From NCBI GenBank assembly GCA_050122495.1, contig JASFIU010000001.1:1-44878 (forward strand): a stretch of DNA of 44,878 nucleotides, given 5' to 3'. The notes beneath the pieces were generated by a model, which worked only from the letters and a program-made list of their open reading frames with translations, had not been told where the DNA came from and ran no database searches. The position numbers and the translations under genes are program-made. This DNA is from Desulfobacterales bacterium (GTDB lineage Bacteria > Desulfobacterota > Desulfobacteria > Desulfobacterales > JAHEIW01). This document shows positions 25,096 through 34,122 of the stretch, in pieces (within the stretch, counting starts at the first letter, position 1; each line of letters begins with the position of its first letter).

Positions 25096-25992
25096 TTACT
25101 CGGTTTCTGCAAGTTTTAATCTTACAAACAGCCAGGGGGCCCCCAGTGCACACCATGCGCCGGCCAGGCCATATCGAACCATTCGAAACAAGGCAGCCGG
25201 CTCCAGCCCCGCAAAGGCGATCCGGAGTCCCATCCAGATGCCGATCAGAACGATGAATCCCGTGAGGAAACGCAGTAATCTGCGCGATGGTCTTCCTCCG
25301 GAACTGAATCGAATCCAGCGCCGTTCCAGAATGAGCCCCGGAACAAATCCCAATAAAACGCTGCCGGCATTCAAAGAATACACGGAACCCTCTGGATTAA
25401 AGCCCAAAAGGAGGACCGGCAGCAAAATGGCCAGTCCCATCTGCCAGACGATCCCTTTTTGAATCAGCCACACTTCCACCTTTAAGGCGATTTGAAGATA
25501 TAGAACCAGCAACAGGATACCCAGCAGGTATCCGCCGAAAAGATCGGTTGGAAAGTGCACACCCAAATATAGGCGCGATACCGGAATGGCGATCATCAAA
25601 AATCCGCCAAGGATCCAAAGTATCCTGCGTTTGGTCTGTGAAACCAGATACCCCCACACCACGACGGCACTCTGGGTGTGACCGCTCGGCAGCCCGCCGC
25701 CGCCGGCAGGCACCAGCGCCTTGACCCTGGAATCATACTGAAAAGGACGCGGTTGATCCGCTATCACCTTGGCAATCGAGTTAATATATGCTGAAATCAA
25801 AAAAAGAATAAGCAGCCTGGCACCTGTGCGGCGGTTAAAACACCAGTAAATTAGGGGCATGAAGATCAGGAAGAATTCGAGGTTTCCCAAAAAAGTCAGG
25901 CTTTTGAAAGGCAGATCGAGTGCAGGACTGAATTCCTGAAGCCACAATACCACCTCTATTCCCCAGTCTAAAATATTTTCCGGCTTCGACAT
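25096..25992 (-). CDS. PAP2-superfamily phosphatase (membrane)
   Basis: All three PAP2 motifs are present: KVIADQPRP, PSGHT and SRLYLGVHFPTD. It is polytopic. Confidence 0.85.
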   Translation of the reverse strand: MSKPENILDWGIEVVLWLQEFSPALDLPFKSLTFLGNLEFFLIFMPLIYWCFNRRTGARLLILFLISAYINSIAKVIADQPRPFQYDSRVKALVPAGGGGLPSGHTQSAVVVWGYLVSQTKRRILWILGGFLMIAIPVSRLYLGVHFPTDLFGGYLLGILLLVLYLQIALKVEVWLIQKGIVWQMGLAILLPVLLLGFNPEGSVYSLNAGSVLLGFVPGLILERRWIRFSSGGRPSRRLLRFLTGFIVLIGIWMGLRIAFAGLEPAALFRMVRYGLAGAWCALGAPWLFVRLKLAETE

Positions 25993-26040
25993 GGTGCTGT
26001 TTCATACGCATTAAAGGGTTAAATTATTCTTATCTTTACT

Positions 26041-26117
26041 GGCCGTCCGTTGCCGGTTGTCAGTGGTCCGTTGTCGGGTCATTACCACGGACAACGGACC
26101 ACAAACAACGGACACTG
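26041..26117. repeat. CCGTTGT-heptamer hairpin element
   Basis: The left arm units are CCGTTGC CGGTTGT CAGTGGT CCGTTGT. The right arm units are ACAACGG ACCACAA ACAACGG. A 13-bp perfect stem pairs GTGGTCCGTTGTC (26063-26075) with GACAACGGACCAC (26090-26102). The 22-mer at 26054-26075 matches 34128-34149 at 20 of 22 positions. Confidence 0.75.
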
Positions 26118-26124
26118 AATAGTT

Positions 26125-26877
26125 TTATTCAGCAGATTCCCACCGTATGACCCTGTTTTTATAATCAATATTGTACTGGAAATTTTTCAGAAAATTCATG
26201 CCCAGCATGCCGTTAAAGTTTACCGGCGGTCCCTCATGGTTGATCACGATGATATCGGCATTATTCATCCGATGCGGTCCAATTTGCAGATAACTGACCT
26301 TTCCCAATTCGGTATAGATTTGCTGCCCGCCGGCCACCTGTGACAGGCCTTTTTTCAGGGCGATAATCTTTAATTGATCGGCCAGCTCGCGGTGGACCAC
26401 TGTCTGCGAAGCGCCGGTATCCAGAAGCAGCAGGGCCTGTACTTCAATACCCGCGTTTCCCAGCGTCACCGGCACATAAATGCGATTGCCTTCGATCGTG
26501 ATGGCGGTTTCTGTTTGTTTCCGCCGGGCCAGTTCTTCCGCTTGCTTTCTAGCGGCTTCTTCTTTTTCAGCGGCCTGTTGCAGTTCCAGCTCCATCTGGC
26601 GCCGCCTTTCCTGCTCCAGTTGTTCAAGCTGCTGATGTTCCTGTTCAAGCCTGGATTTCTTTTCCCCTTCAGGTAAATGATCATACTTTTCTTTATAAAC
26701 ATTGACCTGATCCAGATATTCCGGGGGCACCCGACCTAGGTCATCAACATAAAATGTCCGGCCCTCTTTGTCCACATACTTGTAAAACTCCGCCTGCAGA
26801 TTCAATGGACAGAGCAAAATGAAAAAAAACAGGACTAAATTGATGAGCATATATATTTTTTTTAGCGGCATCCTCAT
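26125..26877 (-). CDS. Secreted DUF4124-like / retropepsin-like (clan AA) aspartic protease
   Basis: There is a signal/anchor helix. FYKYVDKEGRTFYVDD is DUF4124-like. A charged coiled-coil linker follows. The catalytic-type LLLDTGASQTVV motif is present. Confidence 0.72.
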   Translation of the reverse strand: MRMPLKKIYMLINLVLFFFILLCPLNLQAEFYKYVDKEGRTFYVDDLGRVPPEYLDQVNVYKEKYDHLPEGEKKSRLEQEHQQLEQLEQERRRQMELELQQAAEKEEAARKQAEELARRKQTETAITIEGNRIYVPVTLGNAGIEVQALLLLDTGASQTVVHRELADQLKIIALKKGLSQVAGGQQIYTELGKVSYLQIGPHRMNNADIIVINHEGPPVNFNGMLGMNFLKNFQYNIDYKNRVIRWESAE

Positions 26878-26957
26878 CCCCGGTTCGAAGCCATCTCAAC
26901 ATTAGAAGTTAATCTTCGAAGACATATAAAAATAAGTTGAAAAGGTGCTCTTTAGTT

Positions 26958-27164
26958 AGAAATGCCTGAAATGCCTAAAATGAGCTAAAATGACTAAAGT
27001 TGAGGAATACTACCCGTCGGGAGCCTCCGGGTCGAACGATCATATTTACAATCAAAGATGGAGCGTCACGCGGCGCAGTTGTCGCGCTGCGCGAGCGACG
27101 CCATAATTTTAGGCATCTAAGATCATTTTATCCGCCACCGATCTTTGGCGGATTAGCTCATTTG
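26958..27164. repeat. Mosaic inverted-module element with AAATGMCTA repeats and a GC-rich hairpin
   Basis: The left side has tandem 9-10-mers, AAATGCCTG AAATGCCTA AAATGAGCTA AAATGACTA (26960-26996). Inverted copies on the right are ATTTTAGGCAT (27106-27116), TCATTTT (27123-27129) and TAGCTCATTT (27154-27163). A GC hairpin GCGTC...GACGC lies at 27063-27101. Confidence 0.6.
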
Positions 27165-27170
27165 TTGTTA

Positions 27171-28604
27171 TCATGTATTGATTGAAACGTCTGAAACCTG
27201 CCGCCAGTGGGCAATGGCGTTGGCATAATAGGCTAAGACATCGATTTCTTCAGGTACCGGACTGTAGAGCCCCCTTGACTCCCTCACAAGCCTTCTTAAT
27301 TGTAACATGTTTAAAGCGTTTAAAATAGACTCAACCCGGTTTCGGGGTGACACATACACATGCGCCCCGCGCGCCTGGAGTTCTTCAATAAGTTCGTTCG
27401 CCCGCGCCTCCACTTCAGGGGCATCCAGTCCCGCGTGGCCGGATTCCAGCATCACCGTGGCAACCAGGGAGATGGGCAGCGCCGGCATGACGCCCTTAAT
27501 CGCTCCCATGAGCCGATCGGCAAGTTTTTGGACGCTCAAAAACCGTTCCGCACGCTCCAATTTTGCGAAGTTGACATGATGGGCCTCACAATATTGCCTG
27601 ACGGACACATGCTTCCCAAAGTTTACGTAGGCATAACCAAATCGCTGCCAACGGCTCAATATCATCAGAATCAGGCTTTTCCAAATAAATCCCAGGGTCG
27701 TTTTGACGATGAACCAGAGGCTTCGTTTTTCGGCATCCGGATCCAATGCGCGTAACAAGCTTCGATCCTCTAAGGTTCTGTCATAATTTACCCCCACGGG
27801 TATAAATACGATATCTCGATCATTTTCAGGATCATAACTGCGTAACATATAATCGAGAAAGCCCAGTTTAGGTGGCCGCAGAAGTCCGTCACGACTTAAA
27901 CCCCCTTCTAGAAATACAGCCTGACAAACGCCTTCTTTGGTCGCCATATGAACATAGCGTTCCAAAACGCATCGATATAACGGATCACCGGAATTTCGCC
28001 GCACAAAAAACGCCCCCATCGCCCTGATAAGAGTTTGCAGAGGCCAAATTTTAGCCCACTCGCCGACGGCATACGACAGGGTTGTTTTTTCCGCGGCCAG
28101 AAATGCCACCAGAACATAATCCATGTTGCTGCGATGATTGATAACAAATACGACGGTGGATTCAGGATCAATGGCCGCAAATTGAGCATCATCCACAAGA
28201 CCAATACGCACGCGGTAAAGCAGCCGGGCAATTTTTTTGGCCATCCAATAACCAATCCGAAAATAAAGGTACGCATTAAATGACGGTACGATTTCCCGGG
28301 CATAGGTCATCACTTCCCTTTGAACAATCTCACGGGGACAATCGCGATCCAGTGCAGCTTCTTGAATGGCTTCAACGACCCTGGGATCATAAACCAGACG
28401 ATCAATCAAAACCTGTCGCTTGGTGAGCTGAAACGGTTTGATTTGAATATCCAACCGAGCGCTGATCTCATCGATCACACGATTGATGCGTCTTCTGATA
28501 AACCAGCGTGAACTGGGAATCAGAACCCGTTCCAAAACAGCCCACACGCATACGGCCAGCAAAAATACAAAAAGCCAGATCGGTATGTTGACTTGACCGC
28601 CCAT
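27171..28604 (-). CDS. Glycerol-3-phosphate/lysophospholipid acyltransferase (PlsB/GPAT-like)
   Basis: The acyltransferase HX4D motif is VINHRSNMDYVLV. FLEGGLSRDG (block III/IV-like) is present. There is an N-terminal TM helix. The length is 477 aa. Confidence 0.8.
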   Translation of the reverse strand: MGGQVNIPIWLFVFLLAVCVWAVLERVLIPSSRWFIRRRINRVIDEISARLDIQIKPFQLTKRQVLIDRLVYDPRVVEAIQEAALDRDCPREIVQREVMTYAREIVPSFNAYLYFRIGYWMAKKIARLLYRVRIGLVDDAQFAAIDPESTVVFVINHRSNMDYVLVAFLAAEKTTLSYAVGEWAKIWPLQTLIRAMGAFFVRRNSGDPLYRCVLERYVHMATKEGVCQAVFLEGGLSRDGLLRPPKLGFLDYMLRSYDPENDRDIVFIPVGVNYDRTLEDRSLLRALDPDAEKRSLWFIVKTTLGFIWKSLILMILSRWQRFGYAYVNFGKHVSVRQYCEAHHVNFAKLERAERFLSVQKLADRLMGAIKGVMPALPISLVATVMLESGHAGLDAPEVEARANELIEELQARGAHVYVSPRNRVESILNALNMLQLRRLVRESRGLYSPVPEEIDVLAYYANAIAHWRQVSDVSINT

Positions 28605-28650
28605 GAAGCATCCTTTCTCCTCTTAATTCAGTACCTCTCCATCGTGTTGC

Positions 28651-28832
28651 GTCCCACAAGTACCCAACAAAACACGGCCCTGCTTCAGGTTTCAGGTTTC
28701 GGGTGTCAGGGTTCAATGATTGATGGATTTAGGAATTAGCATGACAGAATACCTTCAATTCCTAAATGCCTGAATTCGCAACTTCCTATCTCTCTGCATC
28801 TTCCTGACACCTGAACACGGACACCTGACACC
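28651..28832. repeat. CAGGTGT-heptamer hairpin element with conserved 52-nt core (second full copy)
   Basis: The left module 28651-28703 is homologous to 3618-3670. The left arm reads CAGGTTT CAGGTTT CGGGTGT CAGGGTT (28686-28713). The core is 28725-28776. The right arm reads CTGACAC CTGAACA CGGACAC CTGACAC (28804-28831). Confidence 0.75.
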
Positions 28833-28865
28833 ATGAATATTTAATATCCCAAATGCAGTCACATC

Positions 28866-28894
28866 TTGACGAATCGACAACGGCGTGAAATAAT
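28866..28894 (+). promoter_or_regulatory. Candidate sigma70 promoter for the 29016 gene / ABC operon
   Basis: TTGACG (28866-28871), a 17-nt spacer and AATAAT (28889-28894). It lies about 120 nt upstream of the ATG. Confidence 0.3.
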
Positions 28895-29015
28895 TACGTA
28901 TAAAACTAAAGCAGCACCCACTCGTCTGGCCCGGGTGATCCAACTGGTTTAGCGGTGCCAATCTCCGGATCAGGGTATTATAGGGCACCTATCGGAGAAT
29001 TCAAAGGGATTTTTG

Positions 29016-29789
29016 ATGGAACATGTAAACTCCGATGATTTCAACATAGAAGCGTCTTCTCCGGCTAAAGGTACGGCGGAGAAAGAAAAGGCCGAAAAAA
29101 CGCTCCGGCGCAACATCATTGCACAGTTGAAAACGAAAGCATTAAAGCGAAAACGGACGCCAGCTTCCTCTCAAATGATTTCGTCGTCAAAGCCGGAACG
29201 CTCGTTACCTTTGGGGCTTTCGAAGAAACGATTGCTTTTTGGCAGTGCCGGAATTATTTTTGTGATACTGATCGGGCTCGTTATTCACACCAGTTTTAAT
29301 AATAAGCGTCATTATTATCTGAAATCAGCAGCCGGTGCCGTGGAAATCTGGCAGGGAACCTTCTCACCGGGGGGAAAAAAGCGCATTCTGATTATGCCCG
29401 GAGTTCAGATTCCAGCAAAGATAAAAAAGGTTTATACAAAAGCGGAAGTTTATCCGCTGGCATTTGATTTTTATGTCAGCAAGGCGGATGCCTTGATGGA
29501 AGTGCCAGGCATGCCCGATTTTGTCGGCATCAAGTCTTATCTGAATAGAGCCCTTTTTTTTGCCACAACCCAAAGCCTGCGCCAGACAGCCGAGGCCCGA
29601 ATCAACCAAATTGATCGCATGATTCTTTTCTATAAGGCTGATGTGGCCGCGACCAAAGGCACCCGTGCCGGTCTTGAGGCGGCCCTTGATTATCTCGACC
29701 AGGTCGCCGAATTGAATCCCGATGAGATTGAAGCCGAGCTCATCGAAAAGAAAAAAGCAGCGATTCGTGAATTACTTAAAAGCTTATAA
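29016..29789 (+). CDS. Hypothetical single-pass membrane protein
   Basis: I prefer ATG 29016 (AAAGGGA 6 nt upstream). The N-terminus is basic and is followed by one TM helix (LLFGSAGIIFVILIGLVI). I recognise no family motif. It is the first gene before the ABC importer. Confidence 0.55.
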   Translation: MEHVNSDDFNIEASSPAKGTAEKEKAEKTLRRNIIAQLKTKALKRKRTPASSQMISSSKPERSLPLGLSKKRLLFGSAGIIFVILIGLVIHTSFNNKRHYYLKSAAGAVEIWQGTFSPGGKKRILIMPGVQIPAKIKKVYTKAEVYPLAFDFYVSKADALMEVPGMPDFVGIKSYLNRALFFATTQSLRQTAEARINQIDRMILFYKADVAATKGTRAGLEAALDYLDQVAELNPDEIEAELIEKKKAAIRELLKSL

Positions 29790-29801
29790 GCAACATACCG
29801 A

Positions 29802-31934
29802 ATGACCACCAAACGCATTCTCATATTTGCACCACTGTTACTGACATTGATCCTGGTCCAATCGTACTTCTGGGTTCCCACCTACGAACAACAGGCCAAA
29901 GGCAACCCAGACCGCTTGAATCAATATATCAATGCATCGATCGGGGATGCCGCACTTCTTATCCCGATATTATCAGCAGACAGTGCCAGCAGCGAAATAG
30001 AAGGAAAAGTTTTTGAAGGATTAATCGACCGCGATGAGGATCTGAGTTTCAGGGGACGGCTGGCGACGGCCTGGCGTATTTTTGAAGAAGCTTATTTTTA
30101 CATCAACGCAAGGGCCGATGTCCCCGGCAGCGGTCAAATCGGCCCTCAGGCGGTTGCAGAATTACTCCAAAATTCTAAGCAAAAAAAGAATCTGGAACCT
30201 CCAGCATTGAAAAAGACACTGGACAATATTCGTTCAATTTCGGTAGTTGAACCGCAGACTTACACGGTGAACCGCTTAAACCGAACCTCCCCTGATGCCA
30301 AAAAAAACAGCAACATAAAAATCGGCGTTGCAGCGCCTGCCAGAATTAAACTGGTTTTAGATGAAGTCGATCAAGATCTGTTTACGAATCTAAAACATCT
30401 CCTCGGTGATCAATATTTTTCAAGTTTCCGCGGACAGCGATTTTTGAAGACGCCATCCCCTATCGATAAGGAAATGCTGTCGTTTTATGCCAATGAATTA
30501 CTGCCGGCAACAGAGCACAATCCGGTTATCGTGTTTAACCTGCGGGAAAACGTTAAATTTCATGACGGCCACATATTTGATGCCCACGATGTCAAGTTCA
30601 CCTATGAGGCCATTATGAATCCCAGGAATCTCTCGCCCCGCGTCGCAGACTATGAACCGGTCAAAAAAGTAGAGGTGATCGATCCGCTTACCGTTCGTAT
30701 TGTTTACAAGCGACTTTACTCACCGGCCATCGGAACCTGGGGCATGGGGATCCTGCCCGAGCATCTCCTCAACTCGCAAGCGCTCAAGACAGAAGCGCTG
30801 GCATTGGGCGAAGACGTGCAAAAATTCACGATGCGACAAAGCGGGTTCGCCCGCCATCCCATCGGATGCGGACCATTTGTGTTCCGCGAGTGGAAATCGG
30901 ATCAGTACATCGTCCTGGACCGTTTTGAGGACTACTGGGAAGGACCGCCCAATTATAAAAAATACATCTTCAGGGTCATCCCCGATCTACTGACTCAGGA
31001 AATGGAGTTTTACGCCGGAACCATTGACAATTATGGTGTGCAGCCCCACCAGGTCAAACGTCTGAAAGAAGATCCGAATTATCAGAGTTTTTCCGGCACC
31101 TCATTCGGCTACACTTACATCGGGTACAACATGCGTCGGGAACCCTTTGATGATATCCGCGTCCGTCAGGCCTTAAGCATGGCAATCGATGTGGACAAAA
31201 TCATTCAGTATGTCATTTACAACCAGGGAGAAAGAATTACAGGCCCGTTCCTAAGACAGACTGATTTTTATAACCATAATATCAAACCGGTTCCATATGA
31301 TCCCGAAGGGGCTTTAAAGTTACTCGCCGAAGCCGGGTGGAAGCGCAACAATGAGGGCTGGCTCGAAAAAGACGGTCAGCGCTTGCAATTCAAGCTCATC
31401 ACCAACAATGGCAATGATATTCGCAAGGCGATTCTATCCATCGCCCAGGATTCATGGAAACAAATTGGCATCGACGTGCGCACCGATCTTTTGGAGTGGG
31501 CTGTTTTTATCCAGGAACGCGTCAACAAGCTTGACTTTGATGCCCTGGTGCTGGGCTGGTCGATGGGGATCGATCCCGACCTCTACCAGATTTGGCATTC
31601 CAGCCAGACGGGTTTTAATCAGCTTAATTTTGTGGGCTTTAAAAACGAAAAAGCCGATGATCTCATCATAAAAATCAGACAGGAATATAACCACGCGCAA
31701 CAGGTCGAATACTGTCACCGCTTGCATGAGATCATCGCCGAAGAACAGCCTTATACGTTTCTGTACGTCGGCAAATGGACCGCGATTTTGGACAAACGAA
31801 TAATGATACGCAATGATGACAATCCTGCTATGATCGTTTATGAAAAAATTAAGCCGACCAAAACGGGCAGCTATAGCTTTCACTTCAACAAATGGATCAA
31901 ACTGGCGGAGATGCCTGAAATGTCGCCACAGTAA
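29802..31934 (+). CDS. ABC transporter substrate-binding protein, family 5 (peptide/nickel, OppA/DppA-like) with a large insertion
   Basis: Family-5 SBP blocks are present (LATAWRI ... NLRENVKFHDGH ... YIGYNMRREPFDD ... LLAEAGW). At 710 aa it is about 150 aa longer than usual. It has an N-terminal anchor helix. Confidence 0.85.
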   Translation: MTTKRILIFAPLLLTLILVQSYFWVPTYEQQAKGNPDRLNQYINASIGDAALLIPILSADSASSEIEGKVFEGLIDRDEDLSFRGRLATAWRIFEEAYFYINARADVPGSGQIGPQAVAELLQNSKQKKNLEPPALKKTLDNIRSISVVEPQTYTVNRLNRTSPDAKKNSNIKIGVAAPARIKLVLDEVDQDLFTNLKHLLGDQYFSSFRGQRFLKTPSPIDKEMLSFYANELLPATEHNPVIVFNLRENVKFHDGHIFDAHDVKFTYEAIMNPRNLSPRVADYEPVKKVEVIDPLTVRIVYKRLYSPAIGTWGMGILPEHLLNSQALKTEALALGEDVQKFTMRQSGFARHPIGCGPFVFREWKSDQYIVLDRFEDYWEGPPNYKKYIFRVIPDLLTQEMEFYAGTIDNYGVQPHQVKRLKEDPNYQSFSGTSFGYTYIGYNMRREPFDDIRVRQALSMAIDVDKIIQYVIYNQGERITGPFLRQTDFYNHNIKPVPYDPEGALKLLAEAGWKRNNEGWLEKDGQRLQFKLITNNGNDIRKAILSIAQDSWKQIGIDVRTDLLEWAVFIQERVNKLDFDALVLGWSMGIDPDLYQIWHSSQTGFNQLNFVGFKNEKADDLIIKIRQEYNHAQQVEYCHRLHEIIAEEQPYTFLYVGKWTAILDKRIMIRNDDNPAMIVYEKIKPTKTGSYSFHFNKWIKLAEMPEMSPQ

Positions 31935-31955
31935 ATTATAGCATCGGTAGAAAAA

Positions 31956-32915
31956 ATGATTTCATTTATCGGCCGCAGCGTCGTCCAGAAAATAATCACC
32001 CTGTTTTTTGTTTCGATTGTGTCGTTTTTGATCATCCACCTGGCCCCCGGCGAGCCCAGCCAGGTGGATCCCATGAATCCCAAATTCACGCGTGAAATGG
32101 TTGAAAGGTTTCGTGAGGAATTTCATCTGGATGAACCCCTTTATATTCAGTATCTTTATTTTTACCGCGACCTGTTCACCGGCAAAACCATTTCCTGGAA
32201 GGATAACCAACCGGTCCTGAAAAAGATATGGGAACGATTTCTGAACAGCCTGTGGCTGTTTATCGTGGGCACCATTCTGACCTGGACCATTTCTTTTCCG
32301 ATCGGAATCCGCTCGGCACTTTTCAGGGGCGGATTTTATGACCGCAGCTCGACATTTTTTGCCTATCTATTGATCTCGATCCCGGGCTTCTTTTTTGCCT
32401 ATATCCTGATTATTTTCGTGGTCACTCAATTTCAGGTGCCGGTTATCGGGATGGTGACATTTGGCATTGGTGACACCCCCTGGACGAACCGGGTCATGGA
32501 CAGGATCTGGCATCTGCTGCTGCCTTCCCTTCTGGGTGCGACCGGCGGCATCGCTGTTCTTTCCCGCTATGTTCGCAGCCAGATGCTCGAGGTCGAAGGT
32601 CAGGATTACGTCCGCACGGCCAAAGCCAAAGGACTTGCACCGGATCAGGTGCATTATAAGCATGCCCTGCGTAACGCCCTGCTGCCGTTTGTAACCATGT
32701 TTGGACTGATCCTGCCCGGTCTGATCGGCGGATCGGTCATTATCGAATCGATATTCGCATGGCCGGGCATGGGCAGAATGGCCTATGAAGCCATCCTCGC
32801 CAGAGACTATCCGGTCATTTTAACGATTAACTTTGTTTCGGCGGTGCTGGTACTGGTCGGCACTTTTATTTCGGATCTTCTTTATATGGTGGTAGACCCC
32901 AGAATACGATTGTAA
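31956..32915 (+). CDS. ABC transporter permease (DppB/OppB-like)
   Basis: The N-terminus RSVVQKIITLFFVSIVSFLIIHLAPGEP is typical. An EAA-loop region (YVRTAKAKGL) is present. Confidence 0.9.
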   Translation: MISFIGRSVVQKIITLFFVSIVSFLIIHLAPGEPSQVDPMNPKFTREMVERFREEFHLDEPLYIQYLYFYRDLFTGKTISWKDNQPVLKKIWERFLNSLWLFIVGTILTWTISFPIGIRSALFRGGFYDRSSTFFAYLLISIPGFFFAYILIIFVVTQFQVPVIGMVTFGIGDTPWTNRVMDRIWHLLLPSLLGATGGIAVLSRYVRSQMLEVEGQDYVRTAKAKGLAPDQVHYKHALRNALLPFVTMFGLILPGLIGGSVIIESIFAWPGMGRMAYEAILARDYPVILTINFVSAVLVLVGTFISDLLYMVVDPRIRL

Positions 32916-34087
32916 TGGCTGTAAACTCACATACGGACACACCGGATTATCAGTTGGATGAGCCGCTGGCGCCCAAGCGTACCCGCCTGGAGGAGTTCTG
33001 GCGTCTATTCAAGCGCAACAGAATGGCCATCGCGGGAATGGTTTTTTTCATTGCTTTTTTCTTCCTTGCCATCGCCGGCTGGGGATTAACGCACGGCAAC
33101 AATCCTGTTCTGGATCCGGCGGTGGTGCGATTGCAGGACAAATTACGTCCGCCGCTGGCCAGACCCAACCTTGAAATGCTGCAGCCCAATGAAGTCCCCG
33201 AGCTCGGCATCTATATCCTGGGTACCGATGATCTGGGGCGTGATGTCTTTGCCAGAATGCTTCAGGGTTCCTGGGTATCTTTGACTGTCGGTTTTGTGGC
33301 GGTCGGTATCGCGATTATTATCGGGATATTTTTGGGCGGAATAGCAGGATATTACGGGCAACGCCATATCCGTATCAATCAGCTGATTGCCGCTGGATTT
33401 TTGACAGCGGGCGCTATTCTATTGATTACTGATCTGATTTGGGCGGGGGCCGTATTTTTATTTTGCGGCCTGGTCTGCACCCTGATATCGATTTTGACGA
33501 AAAAATCGGCTAATGCCAAAATCAAACCCGCCTGGGCCCGTGTCTGGTATTTTAATACCATTTCCATAGACACCGTTGTCATGCGCTTTGTGGATATCAT
33601 GCTGTGTTTTCCCAGCTTTTTTCTGATTCTTACGGTCGTCGCGTTGCTGCCAGCCAGCATTTACAACATCATGATCGTTATTGGATTAACCAGCTGGATG
33701 GGAACCACACGCTTTGTGCGCGCCGAATTTCTTTCATTGCGCGAACAGGACTTTGTGGCCGCTGCCCGGTCGCTGGGACTGGAAGATTTTCGAATCATCT
33801 TCCGCCATATAATGCCCAATGCGGTTGCACCGGTGCTGGTTTCCGCAACCATTGGTATCGCCACCGCGATTTTGACCGAAGCCGGCCTAAGCTTTCTCGG
33901 ATTCGGAGTGCCGCCCCCGCACGCCACCTGGGGAAATATTTTATCGGGCGGCAAAGGATTTATTTTCGACGCGCCCTGGCTGACCTTTGTGCCGGGAATT
34001 GCCATCTTAATTGTGGTGCTGTCATTTAACCTGTTTGGAGAAGGATTGCGGGATGTCCTCAATCCAAAACTACGCGAACGAAATTAG
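32915..34087 (+). CDS. ABC transporter permease (DppC/OppC-like) with an extra hydrophobic insertion
   Basis: Motifs are ILGTDDLGRDVFARM and the EAA loop FVAAARSLG. The start overlaps the upstream stop (ATGA-type junction at 32915). About 70 extra residues with two hydrophobic stretches are encoded at nt 33359-33568. Confidence 0.88.
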   Translation: MAVNSHTDTPDYQLDEPLAPKRTRLEEFWRLFKRNRMAIAGMVFFIAFFFLAIAGWGLTHGNNPVLDPAVVRLQDKLRPPLARPNLEMLQPNEVPELGIYILGTDDLGRDVFARMLQGSWVSLTVGFVAVGIAIIIGIFLGGIAGYYGQRHIRINQLIAAGFLTAGAILLITDLIWAGAVFLFCGLVCTLISILTKKSANAKIKPAWARVWYFNTISIDTVVMRFVDIMLCFPSFFLILTVVALLPASIYNIMIVIGLTSWMGTTRFVRAEFLSLREQDFVAAARSLGLEDFRIIFRHIMPNAVAPVLVSATIGIATAILTEAGLSFLGFGVPPPHATWGNILSGGKGFIFDAPWLTFVPGIAILIVVLSFNLFGEGLRDVLNPKLRERN

Positions 34088-34122
34088 TAACGCTTTCAAT
34101 CAAATTAAATTGGCAAATGCCA

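Noticed and set aside
26882-26892. A tRNA-like T-loop sequence, GGTTCGAAGCC.
   Set aside because: There is no acceptor, D or anticodon stem complementarity in the flanks on either strand. It is an isolated chance match just upstream of the protease start codon.
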